Part shown: piece after piece, positions 21,807 through 30,858 of the stretch
How the letters are laid out: every line of letters starts with the position of its first letter
Position numbering within the stretch: position 1 is the first letter of the stretch
From: a virus
Strand: one strand, 5' to 3'
Length of the DNA: 64,000 bases
Virus record (IMG/VR): IMGVR_UViG_3300042465_009257
Location: 109,359 to 173,358 of that record
Notes under the pieces: generated by a model
Seen by the model: the letters and a program-made list of their open reading frames with translations, nothing else
The model's database searches: none
Told to the model about the DNA's origin: nothing
Position numbers and translations under genes: made by a program

Positions 21807-22004
21807 TTATTTAGTAGAGGTTGCTTGGGGTTCAGGCTTGGCGCTTTCGGCTTCGGCTGCTTCGATTTGGCTCAAGACGGCGATAGCTCCCTTGAGTTGG
21901 GTCTCTTCGCTTTCGAGTTGTTTAAGCCGTTCCCGCAGATCGTGCTGTTCGGCGAGGTTGGCGTTACGGGAGGTGATGAGGTTGGTTTTGTAGGTTTGGT
22001 TCAT
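21807..22004 (-). CDS. small coiled-coil protein
   Basis: 65 aa heptad-rich ORF next to a fibre gene. Confidence 0.6.
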   Translation of the reverse strand: MNQTYKTNLITSRNANLAEQHDLRERLKQLESEETQLKGAIAVLSQIEAAEAESAKPEPQATSTK

Positions 22005-22017
22005 GTGGGAATTGTTG

Positions 22018-23250
22018 TTAGACAGCAGTAATCGTCAGCACCGTCCCACCGTTCGGCACCGTAACTCGGTATCGTGTGCCGTCTGGGGATTTCAGGATCA
22101 CTCCTTTTGCGATGGTATCGACCTCAATGTCTCCGGAAGATACTTGCAGTTTAGATGCCGGAGTGGTCGTGCCGATGCCAAGGTTGCCGTTGGCAGACAT
22201 CTGCATATAAGTGGTTGTATAATTGACCCACGTAAACAATGGGCGTGTGCCAACCGCGCTTAAAGTCCCATTGTTTGGATCAGCGGCATTACTTGTAATA
22301 GCCGCAGAAAAAGCGACTATTGGCGCGGTGCCTGTGTCGTTGGCTGAGGTTGTTTGGCCCGACATATTAAGGCAGTAGCGAGCAGAAGAAGAAAACACAG
22401 CTCCAATAAACCCCGGAACAAAACTGCCATCCGAAACTGTGCCGTTTGCCATGTAAAAGGCATCATTCCCAGAATCAGAAACCGTGCATTTTAACAAGTT
22501 TTCTCTGACGCCAGTTTGCCCGGTCGCCTGAATGTGCAACGGAGACCCCGGAGCAGTTGTTCCAATCCCAACATTCCCACCCGCAGCAATCGACATCCGA
22601 ACCACCCCACCCGTAACAAAATCAATCGGACGAGCCGTCCCCGTCCCACCATGCTCCGTCCCGATCCGAAGCGTATTGGCCGTGGTCAGCCAGTCAAATC
22701 CACCCCATTCATTGGCGGTTGTTCCCAAGAAGGTGTTATAGACCCGGTGGACCTGTTTTGCTGTCCCGTTCCGCTGGGCTAGGATTCCGGCGGCGTCTCT
22801 AATTAAGATGGCATCAAGCGCAATGCTGTCTGGATTAAAGTAAGGGCCAAATCCAATATATCCGTTACCTCCAATGGCAATTGGAATGTGAGATGCTACA
22901 CGGGTGTTTGTTGTGTTAAAATTTCCACTTCCAGCGGAAACCTGCCCGCCTTTGTCTACATTAAACTTACTCACCCCACCCACCTGAAGGTCCATCAAGT
23001 TTGACGTAGCGCCGCTTGCTGTATTTGTTACGTTAAGCTTCAATGCGCTCGGCGTTCCGGTCGTGTTCCATGTTGTCGCCAGGTCGACCAGACTAGTCGC
23101 CTGCGTCCCGGTCAGCGATTGGCCGGTCAGGGATTGGGCCAAAAACGTCGGCGCGTCCGTTTGGCCTAGGCCGATGGCGGTGCGGATCGCGGCGTTATCG
23201 GCGGCACGGAGCATCGTGTCTACATTCGTGGATACAGTATGATTAGGCAT
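22018..23250 (-). CDS. tail fibre protein
   Basis: GNVGIGTT repeats; shared LAQRN..Q..RVYNT module; GVILKSPDGTRYRVTV C-terminus. Confidence 0.75.
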   Translation of the reverse strand: MPNHTVSTNVDTMLRAADNAAIRTAIGLGQTDAPTFLAQSLTGQSLTGTQATSLVDLATTWNTTGTPSALKLNVTNTASGATSNLMDLQVGGVSKFNVDKGGQVSAGSGNFNTTNTRVASHIPIAIGGNGYIGFGPYFNPDSIALDAILIRDAAGILAQRNGTAKQVHRVYNTFLGTTANEWGGFDWLTTANTLRIGTEHGGTGTARPIDFVTGGVVRMSIAAGGNVGIGTTAPGSPLHIQATGQTGVRENLLKCTVSDSGNDAFYMANGTVSDGSFVPGFIGAVFSSSARYCLNMSGQTTSANDTGTAPIVAFSAAITSNAADPNNGTLSAVGTRPLFTWVNYTTTYMQMSANGNLGIGTTTPASKLQVSSGDIEVDTIAKGVILKSPDGTRYRVTVPNGGTVLTITAV

Positions 23251-23254
23251 AAAA

Positions 23255-23425
23255 TTAAGGAATCAAGTAAAGTGAAGAGCCGTCTGGTTGGAAATAGTTG
23301 GTACCGTCAGACTGGACGTAAGTTGAAGGGCTAGTAGTAGTAGAAGTCCTGGTCCTGACTCCGGACAAAGCTCCGCTAAGAATAGGCCGAAGAATTGGCC
23401 CGAGAATCGAACGAAGAACGGTCAT
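23255..23425 (-). CDS. small protein of 56 aa (MTVLRSILGPILRPIL...YFQPDGSSLYLIP), not in the ORF track
   Basis: ATG overlaps the upstream TAA (TAATG) and the ORF fills the gap exactly. Confidence 0.6.
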   Translation of the reverse strand: MTVLRSILGPILRPILSGALSGVRTRTSTTTSPSTYVQSDGTNYFQPDGSSLYLIP

Positions 23426-23700
23426 TAAGGGAAAGTGGTTACTTCAACGTTAATCGCGTTATAAGGATCTGGATTTAAAATCTCAAATTTCAAATTCGCG
23501 CCTGGGAAAACAATAGATTCCGCGAAATTGCCGTTATAGGAGGCCAGGCCCGCGAAAGTCCCCGAAGTCGCGCCCGCAAAACTATAGGAGACTTTAACCT
23601 TAGTATTCGGCGCAAACGGCCCGGTGGAAGAGATAACCCCGTTCGCGCCAGGAGTCGTGGTAAATAGTCCTGTTCCGGACGCTGAATTTAGTGTGATCAT
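23425..23700 (-). CDS. stand-alone 91-aa anchor-like domain (MITLNS family)
   Basis: Homologous over its whole length to the N-termini of 23782-25842 and 25896-27863. Confidence 0.7.
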   Translation of the reverse strand: MITLNSASGTGLFTTTPGANGVISSTGPFAPNTKVKVSYSFAGATSGTFAGLASYNGNFAESIVFPGANLKFEILNPDPYNAINVEVTTFP

Positions 23701-23712
23701 ACCTGCTACTTT

Positions 23713-23739
23713 TTACAGTCAAAGGTAAAATTAAGGAAA
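23713..23739 (-). promoter_or_regulatory. late promoter TTTCC-N17-TGTAA
   Basis: Exact match. Confidence 0.75.
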
Positions 23740-23781
23740 TAAAAAGAAAAATAAAATTTCGGTTGGCGGCGGGATGAAAAA

Positions 23782-25842
23782 TTAAAGTTTATTGTAGTAA
23801 GTACTTAAGGAAACGTTTCTATTGAAGGCTCCTGTACCACCTTGAAATACTCCCACGTTTGTTGAATTAAGCGGAATGAGAATGATTTTTCCACTTGAAA
23901 TCATAACCGCTCCATGAAAAGCACTAACTCCTTTGCCATGCGTTGGACCATCTGTATAAGTATTAGCAACTGGATCGTAAATTCCTATAGCTGTAGAATT
24001 GAAAGGGGCTAAAATAACTTTTCCACTTGGAGTTAAAACTCCTCCGATAAAAGCACTAGCCCCTTTTCCATGCGCTGGGCCATCTGTGTAAGTATTGGCA
24101 ATAGGATCGTAAATGGCTATATTTGTAGAATTGAAAGGAACTAAAATAACTTTTCCACTTGGAGATAAAACCCCTCCGGCAAAAGCACTAGTCCCTTTTC
24201 CATGCGTTGGACCATCTATATAAGTATTAGCAACTGGATCGTAAATTCCTATATTCGTTGAATAATGAGGTATAAAAATCACTTTTCCGCCTGGAGTTAA
24301 AATACCTACAACAAAAGCATATATCCCTTTCCCATGAACTGGACCATCTGTATAAGTATTGGCGACAGGATCATAAATTCCTATATTTGTTGAACTATGA
24401 GGTATTAAAATGACTTTTCCGCTTGGGGTTAAAATAGTTCCAACGAAAGCTCCTGCACCTTTCCCGTGCGTTGGACCATCTGTGTAAGTATTAGCGACAG
24501 GGTCATAAATTCCTATAGTTGTTGAGTTCAAAGAATCCAAAATAATTTTTCCATTTGGGGCTAAAGTTGCTCCTCCACCAAAAGCACTGGTTCCTTTCCC
24601 ATGCGCGGGACCATTTGTATAAGTATTGGCAACAGGGTCGTAAATTCCTATATTCACTGAGTTTCTTGGAATTAAAATAACTTTTCCATCTAGAGTTAAA
24701 ATGCCTCCAGCAAAAGCAGTAGCCCCCTTTCCATGCAACGGCCCATCCACATAAGCATTCGGATCAGTCGGCCCGGTCGCAATCGTCGCGTCAATACTCG
24801 CCTTGTAATCTGGCCAATACGTCGGCCCGACATCCCGCCAGTCAAGTACAACCGGAATACCATACTTTCCGCCCAAATAAAGCTCAACGTTCTGGCGGTC
24901 AGCGTCTGAAAGTGCGGTGGGGAAAACGAGGATTTCGGCAAGATCTATGTTGGAGCATTGAGTGAATGCTGTTGAAGAAGGACAACCAATGGTAATTTCA
25001 ATAGATGGGGTATCGCTTGTATTTCCATCTGTTTGAAAATTTGTAACTTGACCGTTAGCGCCTCCATTTATATATTGAAATAAATTAGAATTAGCATAAT
25101 CCCATACTCCTGTATGAACAAAATACGAAGTTGGGCTGTCATCAATAGAATCTAATCTTCCAAAAACATCTGCATCTAATCTGCGTCCACCACATGCAAG
25201 TTTTGTGGTTCCAAATCCTGAGCCAAAAAATGTTCTTGAGCTTGACGCACCTATACCATTTGTAGCAACAAATACTCCTTTATTATTTACAGAATTTGTT
25301 ATGTATTTGTATACAGCTATGACTGTTGCTCCAGGTACGTTTTGTAACATTCCCAAGCCTGTAGTTAAGGACAGAAGATCATCAACCCCATCAAACCTTC
25401 TTACCTGCCGCCCATTCAGCGCACTCGTAATAATTGCTGGCCGACTCCCCGCCGTCGCTTGTGTAGCGTGCCTATTATTGCCCGAAATATCAGACCAAAT
25501 TGAAACATCCGAACCTGTATCTGAAAGCCACAGTGCGGGCGAAAGAGAAAGGGGACTAAATGCCTCGGCGGATGACGCAAAAACATCAATATTAATCTGA
25601 TTATAAGGATCTGGATTAATAATCTCAAATTTAAGATTAGAACTTGGAAAAACAATAGACTGAGCGAAATTCCCTTTATAAGCTACTAGTCCAGCATAAA
25701 TCCCAGAAGTCGCCCCATCGAAACTATAAGAAACTTTAACAAATGAATTTGGGGAAAACGGGCCTGTTGAAGCCATAACACCTTTCGCGCCAGCAATTGT
25801 AGAAATTATCCCTGTCCCTGATGCTGAATTTAGTGTGATCAT
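23782..25842 (-). CDS. MITLNS anchor + LamG-like domain + 7-bladed beta-propeller
   Basis: Seven ~42-aa repeats GPxHGKGxxAFxGGxLTPxGKVILIPxNSTNIGIYDPVANTY. Confidence 0.7.
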   Translation of the reverse strand: MITLNSASGTGIISTIAGAKGVMASTGPFSPNSFVKVSYSFDGATSGIYAGLVAYKGNFAQSIVFPSSNLKFEIINPDPYNQINIDVFASSAEAFSPLSLSPALWLSDTGSDVSIWSDISGNNRHATQATAGSRPAIITSALNGRQVRRFDGVDDLLSLTTGLGMLQNVPGATVIAVYKYITNSVNNKGVFVATNGIGASSSRTFFGSGFGTTKLACGGRRLDADVFGRLDSIDDSPTSYFVHTGVWDYANSNLFQYINGGANGQVTNFQTDGNTSDTPSIEITIGCPSSTAFTQCSNIDLAEILVFPTALSDADRQNVELYLGGKYGIPVVLDWRDVGPTYWPDYKASIDATIATGPTDPNAYVDGPLHGKGATAFAGGILTLDGKVILIPRNSVNIGIYDPVANTYTNGPAHGKGTSAFGGGATLAPNGKIILDSLNSTTIGIYDPVANTYTDGPTHGKGAGAFVGTILTPSGKVILIPHSSTNIGIYDPVANTYTDGPVHGKGIYAFVVGILTPGGKVIFIPHYSTNIGIYDPVANTYIDGPTHGKGTSAFAGGVLSPSGKVILVPFNSTNIAIYDPIANTYTDGPAHGKGASAFIGGVLTPSGKVILAPFNSTAIGIYDPVANTYTDGPTHGKGVSAFHGAVMISSGKIILIPLNSTNVGVFQGGTGAFNRNVSLSTYYNKL

Positions 25843-25895
25843 ACTTAACTTTGTTTATATTTTAAAATAATAAAAATGAGATTATTTAAATCTTT

Positions 25896-27863
25896 TTATA
25901 GCCCATTAATTATTGGCCGAATTACTGCCTCCAATAGAACTTGTCCCGCATTGGTAGGATTAGTCCCATCAGAATAGTAAGTAACGTTTGATGCGGCGGC
26001 ATCTGGCCCCATTGTTGCATCTGCCGCAAAATTGGCAATAGCGTCACAATGGAGTCCTACCCAAGTAGTAAGTGTAGAGTTTGCTGTATTCCGCGCCGCA
26101 TTGAATCCTACTGCCGTTGAAGGTAGAATTGTTCCCAAGACAACAATCCAGCCAGCGGCGCGGCGTGCGTCAAGATAAGCGGCGAGATTAACCAGCCAAG
26201 TAGCAGTTCCAAGTGTAAGTAAATCATTTCTTCCAATCATTACAGAAAGAATGAATTTCCGCCCAGCTACGGATGGCGGTAGAATTGCGTCTAATGTTGC
26301 GGCCCGTGCAGCCATAGTTGCAATTGTTGAACCGTTGAGAGCTACTACGTTACCAAATACGGCAGGCAAAGCATTCGCTCCAAATTTATGAGCATAAGAA
26401 GTTGCCCCAGAAGCCTGAGTAATACTATCTCCTTCTGCAACATAGATTCGTGGAGCTGGAGTCGCCGTCAGCCCATTTTCAATAGCGTGGGTCGCGAGGG
26501 AAGAATAGGCGTTTCTTATTTCCGCATTCGATAATGCTCTATTATAAAGGGCCATTCCAAAAAGTTTTAGGCCACTTGATAAAGTAGTATCAGTAACAAT
26601 ACCTACAAAGAAATCCCTGACCGTTTGTGCCGTAAGTGCTCCAGGAATTTGGAATAATAGAATATCATCCAGCCAGAACTGAGTTAAGGCACCATCATAA
26701 ACGTGGGTAAAAGCATGATAACCTTTATTGAGTAGACTCCAGAGTCCAGCTTCATTAATGATAGCTGTTCCATTAATTCCTCGATATGGAGAATTAGAAA
26801 CTTCTGTATAACCACTAAAATGCGTATAGTTTTGCATTTTAGAAATCCAGGCTTGATAGGCGCTTCCCGCGCTTACCTTGGAAACAAGGGCAATTGTAGT
26901 CGCGGCAGTAGTGATGAAACCACTTGCAAGTTGAATTTGGCCCCAGCCCACAGAGCTTAGATTTAATTCACTTCCAGAGCAGCTTGGGCGGGGGTCAAAG
27001 GCATTGCTCCCAAGATAAAGGTGCCCAGATGGAACGGACGGGCCAAGATCAGATGACCCAGCATAAAGTTCAAAATCACAAATATGCAGGACAGTTCCAG
27101 TTGACCCATTGAAAGAGCAGATTACCAACGCCGCAGTATTAGTAGGAGCATCTAAAGTAAATGTATAGTGAAAGCGTTGCCAGGCATTACTCGTAACCAT
27201 CGTGCTAGATCGTGTAGCAGCATTATCTTTAGAAAAAGCAAAAGAATGATTACCAGTATTATGCCTTTTAGCATTAATGGCCATAGTATAGGTTCCCGCT
27301 GGAATATTATAACTTGCCTTTGGCCCCATAGACCAATTGGCCGCAGCATCTAATGTAGTAGCGTCAGAGCTTCCATCTGGAGCAATGGCGTTTTCATCTG
27401 TAATCGTTGCCCCACTATATTGCCAAAATGGGAAGGTATTAGAGAAAACTCTTCGCGGCGCGGCGAACAGATTAGAGCTAGTACCTCCTACAGAAATAGA
27501 ATTTGGAATATAAGGGCGCGGATTTGCCTGATATTCGTCTGCATACCAGATTCCAATTGCGCCAGACGGCATCATAGGCACTGATAATTCTGAAGAAACT
27601 ATAACTTGAATATTAATATCATTATAAGAATCTGGATTAATAATTTCAAATTTAAGATAAGACCCAGGAAAAGTAATAGATTGACTAAAATTCCCATTAT
27701 AACTCACCAGTCCCGCATAAATATTAGAAAGAGATCCTGAAAAACTATAAGAGATTTTAACGCGAGAATTAGCACCAAACGAGCCTGTAGAAGAAATCAT
27801 CCCAATCGCACCAGGACTTGTAGCAATCAGTCCTATTGGGGTCTCTGAATTTAATGTAATCAT
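25896..27863 (-). CDS. MITLNS anchor + LamG-like domain + SGNH/GDSL esterase-like domain
   Basis: EGDSIT, GRND and DGTNP blocks; the expected catalytic His reads as Asn. Confidence 0.7.
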   Translation of the reverse strand: MITLNSETPIGLIATSPGAIGMISSTGSFGANSRVKISYSFSGSLSNIYAGLVSYNGNFSQSITFPGSYLKFEIINPDSYNDINIQVIVSSELSVPMMPSGAIGIWYADEYQANPRPYIPNSISVGGTSSNLFAAPRRVFSNTFPFWQYSGATITDENAIAPDGSSDATTLDAAANWSMGPKASYNIPAGTYTMAINAKRHNTGNHSFAFSKDNAATRSSTMVTSNAWQRFHYTFTLDAPTNTAALVICSFNGSTGTVLHICDFELYAGSSDLGPSVPSGHLYLGSNAFDPRPSCSGSELNLSSVGWGQIQLASGFITTAATTIALVSKVSAGSAYQAWISKMQNYTHFSGYTEVSNSPYRGINGTAIINEAGLWSLLNKGYHAFTHVYDGALTQFWLDDILLFQIPGALTAQTVRDFFVGIVTDTTLSSGLKLFGMALYNRALSNAEIRNAYSSLATHAIENGLTATPAPRIYVAEGDSITQASGATSYAHKFGANALPAVFGNVVALNGSTIATMAARAATLDAILPPSVAGRKFILSVMIGRNDLLTLGTATWLVNLAAYLDARRAAGWIVVLGTILPSTAVGFNAARNTANSTLTTWVGLHCDAIANFAADATMGPDAAASNVTYYSDGTNPTNAGQVLLEAVIRPIINGL

Positions 27864-27882
27864 AGTTAATTTTTATTATTAA

Positions 27883-28731
27883 TTAATTATATCTAATCGC
27901 CGCTCCATTGTATTGCATAGTTGATGTCGGCGAGATAAAATAACAAATATCAATATTACCTATTCCCACATACATATTCGGCTGATCGTCGGTAAACACA
28001 TCCAACTCTTGAATTTTAAAAGTTGAATTATCTATTATTCCGTAATCGGTCATTGCCTCCATCTCCGATTGATAAGTCCAATTTGGATCGTTTAGTCCAT
28101 TGTATTGATTCATTACTGAGGTAGAAATCAAAGGAAAGATATCTTGGCGGCAATTTCTTACGACATTCTGAAAACCAATAAGCTGCGATTCACTTCGCAT
28201 CATGGCGATTAAACGAAAATTTATTTTAGCTTCTGTTTCGCCACCAAGGCAATGATCAACATTCTCAGAGCGGTAGCTTTTAACGAAAACACACGGCGCA
28301 ATAAATGATCTCGGCGGCAAAACGCCCGTCGCTGCTTTAAAAGTAGGATTTTGTAGATATTTGTCCCGAAAAATCAATTTAGCGTCTGGATCAGAACTGA
28401 CATAGAAATTAATGTCGTTGACAGAAAAAGAAGTAGATAGTCCCGTAGCCACAGTCCCCGTTGGCGCAAGGAACCTTCCATTTTTATAATCGACAATTAT
28501 ATCAGAATACCCTGGAAGTCCCATGGGAACCGTCGCGCCAGGAATAGAAGAGTCATAAACGAAGCTGGCGTAACTAGAGCCAATCGCGGTTTTCTGAGTC
28601 CATTTCGGATCTGTATATTGTGTGAGCGCCGCCCCAGAAACTGTAGTAAAAGCCTGTAGCTCCGTCAGACAACGATAATTAAGAAACTCCTTTAGAGAAG
28701 ACGCCAAGAAGTGATCGACCGTTTTAATCAT
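27883..28731 (-). CDS. putative tail terminator/neck protein
   Basis: 282 aa; PCVFV...INFRLIAM pattern; position after head-joining genes. Confidence 0.45.
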   Translation of the reverse strand: MIKTVDHFLASSLKEFLNYRCLTELQAFTTVSGAALTQYTDPKWTQKTAIGSSYASFVYDSSIPGATVPMGLPGYSDIIVDYKNGRFLAPTGTVATGLSTSFSVNDINFYVSSDPDAKLIFRDKYLQNPTFKAATGVLPPRSFIAPCVFVKSYRSENVDHCLGGETEAKINFRLIAMMRSESQLIGFQNVVRNCRQDIFPLISTSVMNQYNGLNDPNWTYQSEMEAMTDYGIIDNSTFKIQELDVFTDDQPNMYVGIGNIDICYFISPTSTMQYNGAAIRYN

Positions 28732-28745
28732 TGTTTCAGGTTATA

Positions 28746-28772
28746 TTACAGTTAAAAATAGAAAAAAGGAAA
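28746..28772 (-). promoter_or_regulatory. late promoter TTTCC-N17-TGTAA
   Basis: Exact match. Confidence 0.75.
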
Positions 28773-29369
28773 TTATCTAAACTTCTTCATTTCGTCCTTG
28801 AAGGATTTTAAGATTGGAGTCAGCCACGGGCGCGATTGGAATTGCCTGGCCCTGACAGGATTTTTGGATTGAATACCTTCCTGCGAAACGGACCTAGCTG
28901 GCATTTTGCGCGGGTATAAATAATAGTGCAAACCAGATACTCCTTTTTCAATCCCATCAACAATTCCGCCGCCGCCCTCCCAAGGCATTTGTAAAGTTTT
29001 CGTTCTAAAATCAGATAATTCAGGAATTTTTGTTGAAACTTTAACCCCGCCGCGAACTAAACGGCGCGAAACCTTTGGAACCATAATTCTATTAATAATT
29101 GATATGATTTCGGCGACAGGATCACTTCCGGCGGGAAGTCCAAGAAAACCAAATAATGTTCCATGAATGCCTCCCAGAATTGGGGAAGGATCAGGGTGAT
29201 TAATCAACTCTTGGGTAACAGTATCGTTTATAATTCGATCAATTAATTGGGCTTTAATATTTTCAAAAAAGATATGAGCAACCGTCAATTGTTCCCGCGA
29301 AATTCCCTTTTTGTCAACTTCCTTAAAGAATAAATTGACAAATTGAGACGGGGAAGTTCTCCTGGCCAT
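28773..29369 (-). CDS. putative tail completion/neck protein
   Basis: Basic 198 aa protein ending RPWLTPIL; neck-module position. Confidence 0.45.
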   Translation of the reverse strand: MARRTSPSQFVNLFFKEVDKKGISREQLTVAHIFFENIKAQLIDRIINDTVTQELINHPDPSPILGGIHGTLFGFLGLPAGSDPVAEIISIINRIMVPKVSRRLVRGGVKVSTKIPELSDFRTKTLQMPWEGGGGIVDGIEKGVSGLHYYLYPRKMPARSVSQEGIQSKNPVRARQFQSRPWLTPILKSFKDEMKKFR

Positions 29370-29818
29370 TATGCAATTCTTTGAAGGGCGATTTGATAAA
29401 TTTGGAAATCCTCCAAGACTCCGAGTTTACTCCACCCCTGTTCAATTGCGAATTGCTGTCCATCAAACTCAAAAGCTACGGCATCTTTCATAAACTCAAA
29501 AGCATCAGCTTCCACCTGAACTCTAATTCTATTATAAACAGCTTTGAACCTAATATTTGAATCGTCGCCCTTGATAAAATCACTGAACTCCTGCCGCTCC
29601 ATATAAGAGACGCACGCTGGGAAATCAGAAGAGACAACAGTTGAAATATTATTATTGCCGTCAACTTCATCAAAATCCGCCATGTAGTTCGGATCATAGA
29701 CGACGACTTCTTTTGCTTGGAGATAAAAACGGAAAGTCAGAGTTCTTTTAAAAGAATCAAAGATATTCTTATGAACCCTTGTTACCTGGGCGCGAAGTTC
29801 GGCGTCAAATAAATTCAT
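29369..29818 (-). CDS. putative head closure protein
   Basis: Likely ATG at 29818 (TAATG coupling); beta-rich; position. Confidence 0.45.
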   Translation of the reverse strand: MNLFDAELRAQVTRVHKNIFDSFKRTLTFRFYLQAKEVVVYDPNYMADFDEVDGNNNISTVVSSDFPACVSYMERQEFSDFIKGDDSNIRFKAVYNRIRVQVEADAFEFMKDAVAFEFDGQQFAIEQGWSKLGVLEDFQIYQIALQRIA

Positions 29819-30345
29819 TAAGGATCGTATCGATAGAATTGAGAGAAAACCGTGGCACTCGTCATTGGGTCGCAAGGATTATTGCCATAAATCATATTTT
29901 GCCGGTCGCCGAAGATAATTTGAGCAGCTAGTGGTGATCCGCCTTGGTCATCATCGATTTGTTTAATTAATGCGGCGAGTCTTAAGTCACAGTCTTTAGC
30001 CAAGGAGCGATAAGTCTTGCTGCGCTCATTTCGGGAAACAAAACGCATCCTTCCCTGCTGATTCATCTCAGACTCAACCAAGTCAAACTCGGCGACTCCA
30101 AGAGTATCCATCGCCCGCTTATTTAAATAATAGCAGGTAAAAATTCCTTCATAAACCCCAGAGTGATCTCTTACAATAGTAGGAGTAATCCCTGATCCAG
30201 ACAGCGCGTAATTTGTTCCAAGTGCCGCATTAAGGCGATAAGGATTATATTGTAGCCACGAGACAATCTGTCCAGTCGTGGAAGTCCCTGACTGGAGATT
30301 TTCCAGGATTCGTCCCGCCCATTCTGTCAGATCTTCAGAGGCCAT
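29818..30345 (-). CDS. putative head-tail adaptor
   Basis: 175 aa helical ORF, translationally coupled, downstream of the capsid gene. Confidence 0.45.
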   Translation of the reverse strand: MASEDLTEWAGRILENLQSGTSTTGQIVSWLQYNPYRLNAALGTNYALSGSGITPTIVRDHSGVYEGIFTCYYLNKRAMDTLGVAEFDLVESEMNQQGRMRFVSRNERSKTYRSLAKDCDLRLAALIKQIDDDQGGSPLAAQIIFGDRQNMIYGNNPCDPMTSATVFSQFYRYDP

Positions 30346-30698
30346 TAAGATTTAAAGGTGCTGATGAATTTTTCGAAATTTTCGTTGATCTCGCGGGTTT
30401 CGGGCGAGACAGCGGAAAAAGATTGATCACTATATCGTTCAACTGACCTGGCGGCGTCATCATAAGCCTTCATCATCCCTAAGGTTAACATGCGGCGTTC
30501 CCCAGATGGGCGCAAACCAATCTTGGAGGCATAATTGGATAGGTCACAATTGCTCATAGCCTTAATTTTGGCTTCATATTCGGCGCGAGTCTGACCCTCG
30601 AATAGATTCATTTTCTTTTTCGCCTGGGCGTAATCTAAGCTTAGAATTACTGGATTTCCAGTGCGCCCCGTGGCGACTTGATCGATTTTCTTTTTCAT
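30345..30698 (-). CDS. hypothetical protein
   Basis: 117 aa ORF with a late promoter. Confidence 0.6.
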   Translation of the reverse strand: MKKKIDQVATGRTGNPVILSLDYAQAKKKMNLFEGQTRAEYEAKIKAMSNCDLSNYASKIGLRPSGERRMLTLGMMKAYDDAARSVERYSDQSFSAVSPETREINENFEKFISTFKS

Positions 30699-30709
30699 CT
30701 TAATGGTGT

Positions 30710-30736
30710 TTACAGGAGTAATGAGAAAAAAGGAAA
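30710..30736 (-). promoter_or_regulatory. late promoter TTTCC-N17-TGTAA
   Basis: Exact match. Confidence 0.75.
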
Positions 30737-30761
30737 ATTTAATTTCCTAAAAATATACAAT

Positions 30762-30792
30762 AAAAAGGAGCGCCCTGTTTCCAGAGCGCCCC
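30762..30792 (-). terminator. Rho-independent terminator after the major capsid gene
   Basis: GGGGCGCTCTG-GAAA-CAGGGCGCTCC followed by a T tract. Confidence 0.85.
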
Positions 30793-30858
30793 AATCTTAT
30801 TTTTATTCCCTACTCAAAGAATCGAGCGGGAGGTCATAGGAGGGGTGAACCCCCCTTA

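Noticed and set aside
23830-24760. Diversity-generating retroelement template/variable repeats
   Set aside because: The repeats are in-frame propeller blades with mostly synonymous, non-adenine-specific differences, and no reverse transcriptase is in the window.
25855-25881. Additional late promoter TCTCA-N17-TATAA
   Set aside because: Three mismatches in very AT-rich DNA make it too weak to list.
30809-30858. HDV-like (theta) ribozyme
   Set aside because: The topology is loosely similar, but P1 would be mostly G-U pairs and there is no P4 or J4/2 strand with the catalytic C. It is kept only as an unknown RNA motif.
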